DNA from: a virus
Taxonomy: Duplodnaviria; Caudoviricetes
Virus record (IMG/VR): IMGVR_UViG_3300048796_000033
Span: 1-44,908 of that record
Reading direction: 5' to 3' (one strand)
Length of the DNA: 44,908 nucleotides
The stretch's first letter is position 1. Each line of letters begins with the position of its first letter. The notes below the pieces were generated by a model. The model was not told the origin of the DNA and did not search any database. It saw only the letters and a list, made by a program, of their open reading frames with translations. A program made the translations under genes and the position numbers. Positions 25,386 through 35,515 of this stretch are shown here, one piece after another.

Positions 25386-27938
25386 TTAGCTGACGCGAAT
25401 CGCCCAAATTGTTCCCGTCGCGGTCGTGGTTCCTGACGTTTGCCCCATCAAGTAGTACGTGCTTGAAGAGGAGATATTCACATACGTCGAGGGGCAGACG
25501 ACGCCTATCCCTGCGGCTGACGAAGCCGTGGCGTTCACCTCGTTTCCTGCGGAAGGCATCGCCGAACTACTATTTAATCCCGCCGTTAAAATCGTAGTAG
25601 AGGTGGCCGTAATATTCCCTTGAACTTCCCACCGTCCTGCCGTTAAAGGAATGCTCGCGACGGCTGTCGCGGTAGTGCTGATTGAAACACTGGTTCCTGT
25701 TGCGGTTACAACTTGTCCTATCGTTCCTGCCGGTGCCGCTGCTCCCGAGGTAATGCCAACAATACCTCCGTTTGGGGTAAAGGTTCCTGCGGCAACGGTA
25801 GAAACAGCATTTAAATTAATCGCAGATAGATTAATTCCCGCCGTACCTCCAGTTGCAAGCCCGCGTATAGTGAACGAATAGCTGCCGCCGTTACTTCCTG
25901 CAGTATCGGAAATATCTAGGTTCATGTTCGGCGAACCTATCACATTTTGCCAGCTAATCTCCCCACCGTAATAGTTGAGCCCGCGAATATCTGAACCCGT
26001 CCCTGCGCCGGTACCGCCAATAGTTGTCCCGTTGCCAGTACTGTCAATTTGGACAACGCCTGTGCTCAGATTCACCATTAATGGGCGTGGTGTAGAAAAC
26101 CCACTTACCGCATTTGCCGCTGCCTGCGACGTCTGTACCGGGCTATTTAATAGGTAAGTCCATGACGCCCCGTCATTACCAAAATAAGTTTTATACCAAG
26201 TCGAACCGCTGCCCGAGACCGACGTTATGTTATACGCGGACCCTGATGCTAAAAATGCGGCGGCTGTGTAGGTGTTAGCTGCGGTCAGCGCGTTAGCCAC
26301 ACCTGCCGTCAGCGATCCTGCCGTTCCCGTTAGGCCTGTGCCCGCGCCTATAAAATCCGTCGAAGTGAGAGTCCCGGTAACTACGGCATCCCCTGAGTTA
26401 TCGACCGTTAGGATTTGTGTCGAACCTGCCGCGTTATACGCTATGAAAGCGTAAGCGGCGCTTGACCCAATATATCCCCGTTGGGTTCCCGCGTCTTGGA
26501 ATCCGATTTTATTGGGAGTAGAACTCGTGCTGTTGACGTTAATGGGTTGCCCGGTACCCGAGACAGTTAACCCGGCAACGGTATAGCTGTTAGCTGCGGT
26601 CAAGGCGTTAGCCGTACCCGCTGTTAGCGATCCCGCCGTCCCAGAAAAATTCGTTCCTGTTAACGTCGGCGCTAGCGTCCAAGCAGGAACACTCCCCGAA
26701 GTTACCGCTTGCAGAACGCCTGCCGCGTTCGTAACGTAAGACGTCACGCCGATTGCAGACTGATAGACGGAGTTCCCCGCGACGCCTCCAGATAAACTGG
26801 ACGCTGTTGCCGCAACTGGCGCTATCCATACTGCCGTCGAGGTCGTGCCGGTTGTCGTACAAGTATATAAGATGCCGTCCGTACTATCCCAACAGGACGA
26901 AGGGGGAACCGCGCCCGCAGCGGCATTGCCGGCCACATGTCCGTTAGGATTGCCCGCGTAGACCTGCACGGATGATACTCCCCCGAGTTGATCCGAGGCA
27001 TTCAAGCGTGCAGCCGTACCGAATTGAGAGTACACGATAGAGCCGACTACCCACGAGGTGGTTGGCGTGTCGTAGACCACCGAGACCAGCGTGCTGACCG
27101 GTAAGTCCCCTGGCTGTAGTGCCGCTCCATCGTCGCGAACCATAGCCTTGACGCCGCCACCCGCATTTAACGTGCTTGCCCCCGTATTCGCGTGGGCAAC
27201 TTTGAATCGGAAAGACATGCCGTTCGTGTAGGCCGTCGTAGGTGGAACCGTCGTAATAACGTACGCGTTCGCTACACCAGTATCAAGGTAGTAACCGCCG
27301 ATATCCGAAAGAGCTCGTGCCAGAAAGGCGGTGTTGACGATGGCGGTTGAGCTGTCCCCGATAGGCGCGGTTGCTGCGTCGGCCAGATCGTAAACAATAT
27401 TAGTGCCGTCGCAGGTAATCGTATCGGTGTGGCCTTGCGCTATCAGTACGCTACCGCCCGACGCGGTTTGAGCCGTAAGAGTGAAAGCGCCCGTCGTGGT
27501 ATTAATTATTTTCCACGTGCCGACCGCTGCCGGGAAAGTCAAAGCGGCGTTTGACGTAAGGACGCCCGTCACGAGAAGATATTTAGCGCCAAGCTGCGTC
27601 GAGCTTAAAACGGTCGTGCCGCCAGTTGTCGCTATCGTTGCCTCGTTGACTGAGACGCCGGCCGCGATGTTCTGGATAGCCAGTAAGAGATTCGCCAACA
27701 GCGTGGCCGTCGTACCATCATCGATCGCAGGTTGAGCCGCTTGTGCGTTTATTAATTGGCCGATGACCGAAGAAATAATAGACGACTGACGCCACACTTT
27801 GTTGACCGTGTTTTCGTCAGCGATGCCGACTTGAAAGCCGTTCGCAAGCAAGGTAGCGTTCGCCGCATACGTGGCTTGTGATATGACCGCCGCGCCGCTG
27901 CCTACTGCGAATGGTAGAAAATCATTTTCAAGAGACAT
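25386..27938 (-). CDS. Tail fibre protein
   Basis: NDFLPFA...NKVWRQSS...IDDG anchor; Gly/Thr/Ala-rich; follows the baseplate genes. Confidence 0.88.
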   Translation of the reverse strand: MSLENDFLPFAVGSGAAVISQATYAANATLLANGFQVGIADENTVNKVWRQSSIISSVIGQLINAQAAQPAIDDGTTATLLANLLLAIQNIAAGVSVNEATIATTGGTTVLSSTQLGAKYLLVTGVLTSNAALTFPAAVGTWKIINTTTGAFTLTAQTASGGSVLIAQGHTDTITCDGTNIVYDLADAATAPIGDSSTAIVNTAFLARALSDIGGYYLDTGVANAYVITTVPPTTAYTNGMSFRFKVAHANTGASTLNAGGGVKAMVRDDGAALQPGDLPVSTLVSVVYDTPTTSWVVGSIVYSQFGTAARLNASDQLGGVSSVQVYAGNPNGHVAGNAAAGAVPPSSCWDSTDGILYTCTTTGTTSTAVWIAPVAATASSLSGGVAGNSVYQSAIGVTSYVTNAAGVLQAVTSGSVPAWTLAPTLTGTNFSGTAGSLTAGTANALTAANSYTVAGLTVSGTGQPINVNSTSSTPNKIGFQDAGTQRGYIGSSAAYAFIAYNAAGSTQILTVDNSGDAVVTGTLTSTDFIGAGTGLTGTAGSLTAGVANALTAANTYTAAAFLASGSAYNITSVSGSGSTWYKTYFGNDGASWTYLLNSPVQTSQAAANAVSGFSTPRPLMVNLSTGVVQIDSTGNGTTIGGTGAGTGSDIRGLNYYGGEISWQNVIGSPNMNLDISDTAGSNGGSYSFTIRGLATGGTAGINLSAINLNAVSTVAAGTFTPNGGIVGITSGAAAPAGTIGQVVTATGTSVSISTTATAVASIPLTAGRWEVQGNITATSTTILTAGLNSSSAMPSAGNEVNATASSAAGIGVVCPSTYVNISSSSTYYLMGQTSGTTTATGTIWAIRVS

Positions 27939-27947
27939 ACCGTCGCC

Positions 27948-28562
27948 CTATGGTGAAACGATGTTGGCCCAAACCCCGTGACCAAACCCGCCAATAAAAC
28001 TGTTATCTACGCCGAAGCCAAAAAGCGGGCCGCCTGGCGCAGTCGGAAAAGCATATTTTGCATAAACTGCCGCTGGTCGAAACTGCATATATCCGCCTGA
28101 TACTGCCGCTTCGACCCCTGCGTCTGGAACCGCGCCAGCCACAGCAATCGTCATAGTCATGTCCTGGTTATCGATCATGAACAGACGCGAGTTAGGGCCG
28201 AGCGCGTTTTGCAAGTTATTGTACGCTGTCTCTATCGTTCCATCCCAACTATTTGCCGCGATTTTACCGTGCAGTAAAACGGAGTAGTCCGCATCTGATA
28301 GAGGTACGAGCGACGGATTAACCTGAGTGTAAATACCGGGCAAGCCGGTACCGAGGTTACGCGTAAGTCCCACGCGCGTACCGATCATGTCGAGCTGCGT
28401 CCACTGCGCCTCGTCCACATCAAACGCGGCTTGTAACGAGCCGAGAAAATTTTGCAGATCCACGAACCCTTGCGAAACCGCCCCGACCATCGCCATGAAA
28501 TTTGGTTTGCTGGCGTGCTCAGAAGTGATCAGCGCTTGATATGTGGAGATATTAGCCGTCAT
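27948..28562 (-). CDS. Baseplate protein (DUF2612-like)
   Basis: YQALITSEH, QLDMIG and IDNQDMTM motifs; position. Confidence 0.8.
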   Translation of the reverse strand: MTANISTYQALITSEHASKPNFMAMVGAVSQGFVDLQNFLGSLQAAFDVDEAQWTQLDMIGTRVGLTRNLGTGLPGIYTQVNPSLVPLSDADYSVLLHGKIAANSWDGTIETAYNNLQNALGPNSRLFMIDNQDMTMTIAVAGAVPDAGVEAAVSGGYMQFRPAAVYAKYAFPTAPGGPLFGFGVDNSFIGGFGHGVWANIVSP

Positions 28563-28563
28563 G

Positions 28564-29742
28564 TCACACCAGTGTAATCGTTACGTCGGACGGCGCCAGC
28601 GTCGCAGCTTGGTTAAACAGGATAGGCACGTCGACGGTACCCGGAGTGTTACCGTAAATTGCGACAGTCAAGGCGTCGATTTCGTAAGAGAGTCCGTCAG
28701 GGTTTCCAGTCAGTCCAGCGGGCGCCCATAAGCGGCCATAAATGACGTTGGCGCCCGTGCCTAAGCCGTTAACATATGTTGCAAGGGCGTTCTGAATTTC
28801 GACGCCGATTGCCGCCGTGTACCCATTGATAGCGTGAAGATTGAGGTTGATGATGATCCGCTCTTGAGTCGCGATAAAAAAGTTAATCGTCTCGGGGATT
28901 CCGTACGAGTTGGGCACGGTGGCCGAGGTGGTACCGTACGTTGCCGCCCCTTGTGTCTTCCGGTTAGCAATGGCTGTTGCAATATCGGTGGTGCCGCCGC
29001 CCTCGACGACGAGAGAAATGCTGTGCGCGGGTAGGCCGTTCGCGTCAGGTGTGCCGAGCGGGTTTTCATATCCAGTGACGCTCGTTACGCCAGCCACGCC
29101 CGCGACTGCTCCAACCGTAGAAAATAAAGGCGTCTGAGACGCGGGCGCAACAGACACAACCTGGCGTTGTTGCAGAGCCGGGTCCGTCTCTACCGGAGCG
29201 CCAGGCACGGCCGCTGCCGCATTCGTGGCCGACACCCACCCGAGCTGGGGTGTAATAATTTGGTTGATCGAACCGGGGATAGCAGCGACGGCACCGAGCG
29301 TTGCGCACGTAGCGGTCACGCTGGCAGTGCCCCCGCTCGAAAAGGTAACCGACGCGGGCAGCACCCAATTATTTTTTGCCGCGTCTTGCACGATGCCGTT
29401 GGTGATCGCCACACCGGCGGTTCCAACGAGGGAAAGGGTGGCCGTCGAATAGCTCGCAACTTTCCGCGTCATGCCGTTTAATTTAACATTGCTCGACAGA
29501 GAATTCCCTTGCGCGTTGGCTGGTGAGAAGGAATTGTAAACCGCAATCGCTACGCTGTTGGCATCATTAATCGACGTTGCAATGACCGCTAAAAATTGCC
29601 CGTCTTGACTGTCATTGCCGAGGTATACGTCCGACCCGTAGATGCCTTGGTACTGGGCTTGAAGATAGACCAATATATCCGAGTACGCCGGAGCGCTAAT
29701 ACCCGCACTTGAGAGAACCGGAGCTGTCGAAGTAATGGTCAT
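28564..29742 (-). CDS. Baseplate J-like wedge protein
   Basis: DSQDGQ, ETDPALQQR and PAHSISLVVEGG motifs. Confidence 0.88.
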   Translation of the reverse strand: MTITSTAPVLSSAGISAPAYSDILVYLQAQYQGIYGSDVYLGNDSQDGQFLAVIATSINDANSVAIAVYNSFSPANAQGNSLSSNVKLNGMTRKVASYSTATLSLVGTAGVAITNGIVQDAAKNNWVLPASVTFSSGGTASVTATCATLGAVAAIPGSINQIITPQLGWVSATNAAAAVPGAPVETDPALQQRQVVSVAPASQTPLFSTVGAVAGVAGVTSVTGYENPLGTPDANGLPAHSISLVVEGGGTTDIATAIANRKTQGAATYGTTSATVPNSYGIPETINFFIATQERIIINLNLHAINGYTAAIGVEIQNALATYVNGLGTGANVIYGRLWAPAGLTGNPDGLSYEIDALTVAIYGNTPGTVDVPILFNQAATLAPSDVTITLV

Positions 29743-29743
29743 T

Positions 29744-30094
29744 TTATAATGGGCCTTGGACTATAACCTGTCCGTAAATGGTGTTGAGCGTCACGGTAAT
29801 TGATAGCACGCGAGTGCTCGTATTTAAAGAGCTAGAGTACGCCGCGATGCTGGAAACGCCCGTCACGCTTAAAATTCTTTGCTTAATAACCGTATCGTAC
29901 GTGTCTTGCGTGTACTTGCCAAGCACTTCGGTACGCCACGGTGTTCCGTCGGTCAGATCAAGAAACCATTCGCCGGTATAAAGTCGCAGCGCGGTAAGAA
30001 CGGCTTGTTGCACGGCCTCGGGCTGATTGATGTAAAAGTCCGCACCGGTACCGATCGTATAGTCTCCATTCGCGTCTAGTTTTCGGTATCTCAT
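29744..30094 (-). CDS. Baseplate wedge / sheath initiator
   Basis: MRYRKLDANGDY...GEWFLD...TIYG. Confidence 0.8.
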   Translation of the reverse strand: MRYRKLDANGDYTIGTGADFYINQPEAVQQAVLTALRLYTGEWFLDLTDGTPWRTEVLGKYTQDTYDTVIKQRILSVTGVSSIAAYSSSLNTSTRVLSITVTLNTIYGQVIVQGPL

Positions 30095-30828
30095 CCGGTC
30101 GGCCCTCCCGTAACGCCGCCGCCAGTTTGCACCCCGGTATGCTTATGCGTCGATAAGGTGATGCCGTTGCCCGTAACTTCCCCCGTGGCCGTGACGGTAC
30201 CGTTGATCTGTACTGGCCCGTTTAGCGTAAATTGCGCGGCCGTCATGGTTACGTTTCCCGTCACGCTTGCATTTAAATTGCCCCCGGCGGTCACGCTGGC
30301 GTTACCGGGCGTTACTATGTCAATCTCATAGGTCGTCGGGTTCAGTTGGATGTACGCTTGGCCGTCATTGCTGCGCAACTGTACGGCCGTCGTGCTGATG
30401 TTAGAAATTTTATTGGGTTTGGACTGAGGGCCGAGAATTGCAAACCCGTCGCTCAGGTCATGTAAGCGCGGCTCCATCGGTAATTGCACGCCGCCAGATT
30501 GCCACCACCCATCGATGCACCGCGAAGAAAAAATAACCAGGCATTCATCGCCGGCCGCGATAGGGAATGTAAGGGTGCACCCCCCACCGCGTGGAAATAC
30601 AACCGGCACGTCCGGCAAGACTGGTAAATTGACGGCTTGGTAAGTACCGTCCTGTTGCTGCACTACGCCCTTGATTGCGGGCTGTATGACCGCCGTCACG
30701 TTGTCGGGATCTGCGGTATTAAACGACTGGATGATGCCCGGCAAGCACGTCCAAAGTCCTGCCCGGTTAGCAGTCATCGCCAGCCGTAACGCCTCTTCCG
30801 CTTCCGCAAATCGTTCTCGTCGGTCCAT
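30091..30828 (-). CDS. Baseplate central spike (Gp138-like)
   Basis: GDECLVIFSSRCIDGWW, RLHDLSD and C-terminal metal-binding HKH. Confidence 0.88.
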   Translation of the reverse strand: MDRRERFAEAEEALRLAMTANRAGLWTCLPGIIQSFNTADPDNVTAVIQPAIKGVVQQQDGTYQAVNLPVLPDVPVVFPRGGGCTLTFPIAAGDECLVIFSSRCIDGWWQSGGVQLPMEPRLHDLSDGFAILGPQSKPNKISNISTTAVQLRSNDGQAYIQLNPTTYEIDIVTPGNASVTAGGNLNASVTGNVTMTAAQFTLNGPVQINGTVTATGEVTGNGITLSTHKHTGVQTGGGVTGGPTG

Positions 30829-31761
30829 CTAATACCCCGTGCTTGAAGCTGTCGCATTGACGTAAGGGCCGGCCAGCGGCGCCGTGCCGTTGACTGCCGC
30901 GCAAATAATATCAGAGTACCATTCTTGACCCCGAGTGTCACCCGTCATTTTGACCGCGTAGACCTTATAAAACCCGTCGGTGTCCAAGCTCGGGAACTGA
31001 TTGATCGCGCCGTAAGCTACGCTGAACGAGGCCGTCTGTATGCTCGCATTGTCGAGTTGAATCTGACCTCCGTATTTGATTAACGGGTTGAGCAGCGACT
31101 TGACGACTATGCCGCTAATTGTCTGTACGGGCATGCCGATCAAACCTGAATCAGACGTGAGCACGATGGCCGCGCCGGGCAAGGTGCTGGCAATAGGGAT
31201 CATGTGAAGGGCGCCGTCTGCGATGCTCCAAGACGTGCCCGCGCTGTCGGCTAACGTTCTCATATAGTCGCGGGTCATCCCGTAACAAACTTTAGCGCGC
31301 GGCATAGAAGGGCCGCCAAATTCCGGCGTATACCCTTGCGTAATTCCGAACGGGCTAAACGCTTGCATAAGCTGACCGTGCAATGACGCTTGATTCCACC
31401 CCGCTGCAAGTGTTGTATTTACGACTGAAAAGTTATAACCCGCGTCGCCGTCCTGCGCGATAATCTCGAGGAAAGTATCGGTTTGATTTTCTCGGCCTTC
31501 ACGCTTCTGACGCATAGTGCCGTTAAAAATCAGCGCGTGGTTGCCGTCGTACCCGGCTTGCAAAAATACGTGGGTGAATTCGTTTTGTATTTGCTTGGCC
31601 GTGTTGTCGCTCAAGTTATAAACGCGGATAGTGGCGCTAGCAGGACTTTGCGTATCACTCTTATCTATAACGAACTTGACCCGAAGCGCCGACAACTCTA
31701 TGCCGTTGCCGCTCGGATCGCCCACGACCAATGAGCAAAAGCGTAAATACTGGGCGCTCAT
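30829..31761 (-). CDS. Baseplate hub protein
   Basis: IRVYNLS, LQAGY, GLIGMP and GDTRGQEWY motifs. Confidence 0.8.
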   Translation of the reverse strand: MSAQYLRFCSLVVGDPSGNGIELSALRVKFVIDKSDTQSPASATIRVYNLSDNTAKQIQNEFTHVFLQAGYDGNHALIFNGTMRQKREGRENQTDTFLEIIAQDGDAGYNFSVVNTTLAAGWNQASLHGQLMQAFSPFGITQGYTPEFGGPSMPRAKVCYGMTRDYMRTLADSAGTSWSIADGALHMIPIASTLPGAAIVLTSDSGLIGMPVQTISGIVVKSLLNPLIKYGGQIQLDNASIQTASFSVAYGAINQFPSLDTDGFYKVYAVKMTGDTRGQEWYSDIICAAVNGTAPLAGPYVNATASSTGY

Positions 31762-32078
31762 GTGGCCGGCACAAAATAGAGATGCGACGTTATGCCGAGG
31801 TTTTCGTATGTTGGCGCCGCGTATAGATCGCCATCGGTGGCCACGTATAGTGAGCCGCCCAGGTCCAGGTCCGGATAAGGTGCCATTAAATCAAGCCCCG
31901 GTAAGAGCGACAAACCTTGGATGATGGGTACGCCCGTTGACGTCATAATGTCGAGAAACCAGCCGCCCTCCGTAGCTGTGCGCCACATGACTTGCATTTG
32001 GTACTGCACCCCCGCCAGCGTCACAAAAAACGACTGAGCATTAGGAGATAGGGGTATTTCGTAAAAGGTCACCATCAT
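31758..32078 (-). CDS. Small baseplate component
   Basis: EIPLSP...GWFLDI...PTYENLG; position in the module. Confidence 0.7.
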   Translation of the reverse strand: MMVTFYEIPLSPNAQSFFVTLAGVQYQMQVMWRTATEGGWFLDIMTSTGVPIIQGLSLLPGLDLMAPYPDLDLGGSLYVATDGDLYAAPTYENLGITSHLYFVPAT

Positions 32079-32674
32079 TGCCCCGCTAGTATGCTTAACG
32101 CGCTTTGGTTCGGCGCGGCTGTCGGCGTCACGGTTCCGTTATTTTGTACCGCCGTCGTGTCCTGCGGATTGGACTGTGCCGACGCTGGTTGCAGTGCTGC
32201 CGTTGTCGTCTGCACTATGATGATCTGGCGCATGCCGACGGTAAGAATTAGCCCATTCTCGGTATCTCGATCCGTGGTCATCCCTACCGATTTTATAAGC
32301 ATGTTTGCATACGTGCGCTTGCCGGTCACGAGGTCGAACGCTTGCCGCGACGATTGGAGGTCGAGCATCTGTTGATACAACGTGCTTACGTCCGTAATAC
32401 CGCCCCCGAGCAGCACCCCTGCGATGATCGATTGCGAATTACTCCATCCTATCCGCATGGTAACCTGCGCAGGGTTGACGAACGAATGATCGGTAATTGC
32501 CGCACCTTGTTCGACTGGGTGGTCCGTAATGGTCAGCTCATCGGTGTGGTGTTCCTCGATCGTTACATCGGGGATGATGCCGCCGATAGACCGTCCGGAC
32601 ATGAATAGGGCACTTACGACGCTTACCGCACCGGATAGGATCGTTCCGCTTAATAGGTCGCCAATCTTGCTCAT
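32075..32674 (-). CDS. Tail tube initiator / Dit-like protein
   Basis: EEHHTDELTITDHPVEQGA and VTGKRTYANM motifs; follows the tape measure gene. Confidence 0.78.
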   Translation of the reverse strand: MSKIGDLLSGTILSGAVSVVSALFMSGRSIGGIIPDVTIEEHHTDELTITDHPVEQGAAITDHSFVNPAQVTMRIGWSNSQSIIAGVLLGGGITDVSTLYQQMLDLQSSRQAFDLVTGKRTYANMLIKSVGMTTDRDTENGLILTVGMRQIIIVQTTTAALQPASAQSNPQDTTAVQNNGTVTPTAAPNQSALSILAGQ

Positions 32675-34896
32675 TGCAGGACCGCCCCGCGCATGTTGCG
32701 TGTCAATTGCTCGTTGACGTTATTCTGAGCGGTCGATATATCCCGCGCCGTCGTTTTAGGATCAGTCGCGCCGGTTACCGTGATGTGCGTCACTTGGCTT
32801 ACCGTCACATCTTTACCGTTCTGTCCGGACGCCGTGTTTTGGCCGGGCGTGCTGGCTCTAGCGATCATTTCAGAGGAGTACGGATTTTTACCATTTTCAA
32901 CACGGACTATTGCGTCAATCATCCCCGACATTTGGGCCGGGTCAAGGTTCAGTTTTTGGTCGGGATCTACGCCGAGCTTTTTAGCCACGTTGGCGATATA
33001 CGCTTCGGTTTGATTTTCTTTCTTAGGAGCGTACCGGGCAATCATTTTACGCACTGAGTCTGTGCCGTGCGCCAAGTACGTGCGCAACAAATCGGCCAAA
33101 GCGTTCAAGCCGTCTTGAGCCGTCGCGAATTTGGCAAAGCGTTGTTCGGGACCGTCTTCCACTCCCGTGGCGCCGTGGGATTTGGCAAAGTTGCCCGTGT
33201 ATTCAATATTGCCGGGGTTATTATTTCGTAACCCGCGTTCGGTGCCCCACGAACCCTCCCCAGAGGGGGTGGTTGGAGATTCCGGAGACAACCCCGCGAC
33301 GCGTCGTGCCTCTGCCATCTGACGGGCTGCTTCAGTACGTAAGGTGGCTTTATCACCGTGCAAATTCGGCGCGTCTATATTTGGTTTTACGCGCTGATCG
33401 ACGGGGACGTTCGGCACCACGTGAGCCGCGTCGACGCCAACTTGCGCGGCCTCTTTAGCTTTGTTTTTCTCTACCAGATCAAGCGTGGCTTGCGCATCCT
33501 TATCGCCAAAAAATGCCAGCGTGTGAGTGATTGCCTTACCTATACTGTCGCCAAACTTGGTACCGGTAATGAGCTTGTCGTTAATGAGGGTACCTATTCC
33601 GTACCCGAGCGCCCCGGCCGCCGCGACGAGTCCCGCGTTGCCGAGCAATCCCGTCAACGCCCCAGTTAGGCGCGCGCCGATAGATACGCTTACTTTAGTG
33701 AACGCCCCAATCATACCGAGCGCCCACGAGCCAGCCACATAGGCCAGTAGGATTTCGAGAGCTGGTCGGAAGTCGCCCGCGAAACCGAGCAACGAATGAA
33801 TACTTTTACCGATTCTTTCGATACCGCCTATCGCGGCCTCAATCGCTGGCGACCAGGCCGTCCAGTCGATAAGAGACTTGCCGCCGGATTTCCATACTTT
33901 GTAATCGTCCCACAGCAATGCCAAGGCACCAATCAACGCGGTGATCTGCCCAAGCGGCGTGGCCAGAAACCCGGCGTTTAATACCCGCCAGGCGACCAAG
34001 ATCAATCCGAGCCATTTAATAACATTTTTAGAACCATCAGACAGGCCGTTAAACCAGTCAATCAATTTACCAAGCGCGTTAATGCCGCGCATCGCTAAGA
34101 TGGAAACAGCGTCGGCCAACCGGAATACGAACCCGAGAACCTTCGTAATAACGTCGACGATATGTTGGAAATTACCGATAAACATTTCTCGCAAGTGCCG
34201 GACGTTCTCGGCCATTTTGCCGGTCATTTCGGAACTGATTTTTTGTACCAAAATGGTGGCCGCGCCCTGAAGTAGGCGTAATTGGTTTAGAAAGGCGTGC
34301 GAATTTTTGGCCGCCTCTTGCGAGTTTAAACCCGCCGCGTGTAGCATGCCTTTGTACTCTTCGCCGAACTCCCCCATGCCTTTACGCATCGCCATAAGCG
34401 TACGCTCGTCGATACCAAGAGCTTGCGCGTAGGCGTTCGCTTTGTAGTAAGGCATGTCCGCAAATTTCTTGCCGAGGTCCTGCAGCATTTCAGCCGTGTC
34501 GCGCAGCTCTCCGTTAGCATCTCGGGTTTGTATTCCGATATTCTTTAGAAGCCCCTCCCCGCCCGGACTGTTGCGCAAGAGTCGCGCCATGTTCTCAAGG
34601 GAACCGACGGCGCCTTCAACCGAACCGCCCATTTGACGAGCGGCAAAACCGAGCGCTTGGATATTCTCGACCGTAGCATGCGTGCGTTCACTTGAGAAGT
34701 AGAGCTGTTCGAGGCCGTCGGCAATCTTTGCCACGCCAGCCACGACGAGCGTAGCCGCGCCGGTAACCGCCGCGCCGAGTTCGACGGCCTTGAGTGTGAC
34801 CGCCGCGAGAGTGTTGGAAAATTTCTTTTCGCTGTCCGCGTCGATCTTAAATCCGAGCGACACTAGAAATTCTTTGATGATGGCCGTATCGGACAT
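32671..34896 (-). CDS. Tape measure protein with C-terminal lysozyme-like domain
   Basis: IIKEFLVSLGF N-terminus; helical Ala/Gly-rich body; RGLRNNNPGNI...YAPKKENQT. Confidence 0.88.
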   Translation of the reverse strand: MSDTAIIKEFLVSLGFKIDADSEKKFSNTLAAVTLKAVELGAAVTGAATLVVAGVAKIADGLEQLYFSSERTHATVENIQALGFAARQMGGSVEGAVGSLENMARLLRNSPGGEGLLKNIGIQTRDANGELRDTAEMLQDLGKKFADMPYYKANAYAQALGIDERTLMAMRKGMGEFGEEYKGMLHAAGLNSQEAAKNSHAFLNQLRLLQGAATILVQKISSEMTGKMAENVRHLREMFIGNFQHIVDVITKVLGFVFRLADAVSILAMRGINALGKLIDWFNGLSDGSKNVIKWLGLILVAWRVLNAGFLATPLGQITALIGALALLWDDYKVWKSGGKSLIDWTAWSPAIEAAIGGIERIGKSIHSLLGFAGDFRPALEILLAYVAGSWALGMIGAFTKVSVSIGARLTGALTGLLGNAGLVAAAGALGYGIGTLINDKLITGTKFGDSIGKAITHTLAFFGDKDAQATLDLVEKNKAKEAAQVGVDAAHVVPNVPVDQRVKPNIDAPNLHGDKATLRTEAARQMAEARRVAGLSPESPTTPSGEGSWGTERGLRNNNPGNIEYTGNFAKSHGATGVEDGPEQRFAKFATAQDGLNALADLLRTYLAHGTDSVRKMIARYAPKKENQTEAYIANVAKKLGVDPDQKLNLDPAQMSGMIDAIVRVENGKNPYSSEMIARASTPGQNTASGQNGKDVTVSQVTHITVTGATDPKTTARDISTAQNNVNEQLTRNMRGAVLQ

Positions 34897-34899
34897 TTT

Positions 34900-35139
34900 T
34901 TAATCCTCTTTGCGCCCGTCGGCAATTCGTTGATTCTCCGCAATCACGTCCAGTGCGTCATTCATTAACGCAATGGCGGCCAAATCAAGGGTGCCATCTA
35001 TAAGCGATTCGTACCGGCACATTTGTTTGGTTACCGGGCGTAATAGCCAATCCTCACCCCCAGGTAACGACGCCCACTCTACTCCGTCGGGTTCGGCCCC
35101 GGCACCGCTTCCACGGAACGGAACCCTTGCATAAAATTT
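34900..35139 (-). CDS. -1 frameshift extension of the tail assembly chaperone (gpGT-like)
   Basis: Open -1 frame ...SLPGGEDWLLRPV...YESLIDGTLDL...MNDALDV...ED* with no clear independent start. Confidence 0.78.
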   Translation of the reverse strand, partial: KFYARVPFRGSGAGAEPDGVEWASLPGGEDWLLRPVTKQMCRYESLIDGTLDLAAIALMNDALDVIAENQRIADGRKED

Positions 35140-35513
35140 CCGAGACTCCCCCGGATAACTTGCACGACGACTTGAACGAGAACGGCTAGTTCTATGTCCT
35201 CAAACATGAGCGTACCTGATCGCCACACGGGCGCCCAGGTGGCGCCTTGTTTGCGCTGTACTACCGACAGGCACGCCGTAACGACTAAGTCCACGTCGTC
35301 CTTCGGCATGGCTGCCAGAACGCCGGTAAGGGGTTCCAGAATCGCACCCATCTGGCCGAGGTCTACCGCGTCACCCGTCTTTGGTAAGAGAGCAAGAATC
35401 GGCAAGAGCTTAGGCAGCACCGGGGCAATCTTGCGGGAGACGTGTAACTGAGCGAACGCGTCCAGCTTGCCCGCTCTGTATGTCTCCGTACCTACTTCAA
35501 ACTCGATAGCCAT
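35079..35513 (-). CDS. Tail assembly chaperone (gpG-like)
   Basis: Between tube and tape measure genes; KLDAFAQLHVSRKIAP. Confidence 0.82.
   Translation of the reverse strand: MAIEFEVGTETYRAGKLDAFAQLHVSRKIAPVLPKLLPILALLPKTGDAVDLGQMGAILEPLTGVLAAMPKDDVDLVVTACLSVVQRKQGATWAPVWRSGTLMFEDIELAVLVQVVVQVIRGSLGNFMQGFRSVEAVPGPNPTE
35133..35139 (-). other. -1 ribosomal slippery heptamer A AAT TTT
   Basis: X XXY YYZ in frame (GGA AAT TTT); GGGTTC/GAACCC stem starts 6 nt downstream. Confidence 0.78.
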
Positions 35514-35515
35514 GA

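Noticed and set aside
25386-27938. Diversity-generating retroelement or invertible fibre cassette
   Set aside because: No reverse transcriptase, invertase or TR/VR pair seen
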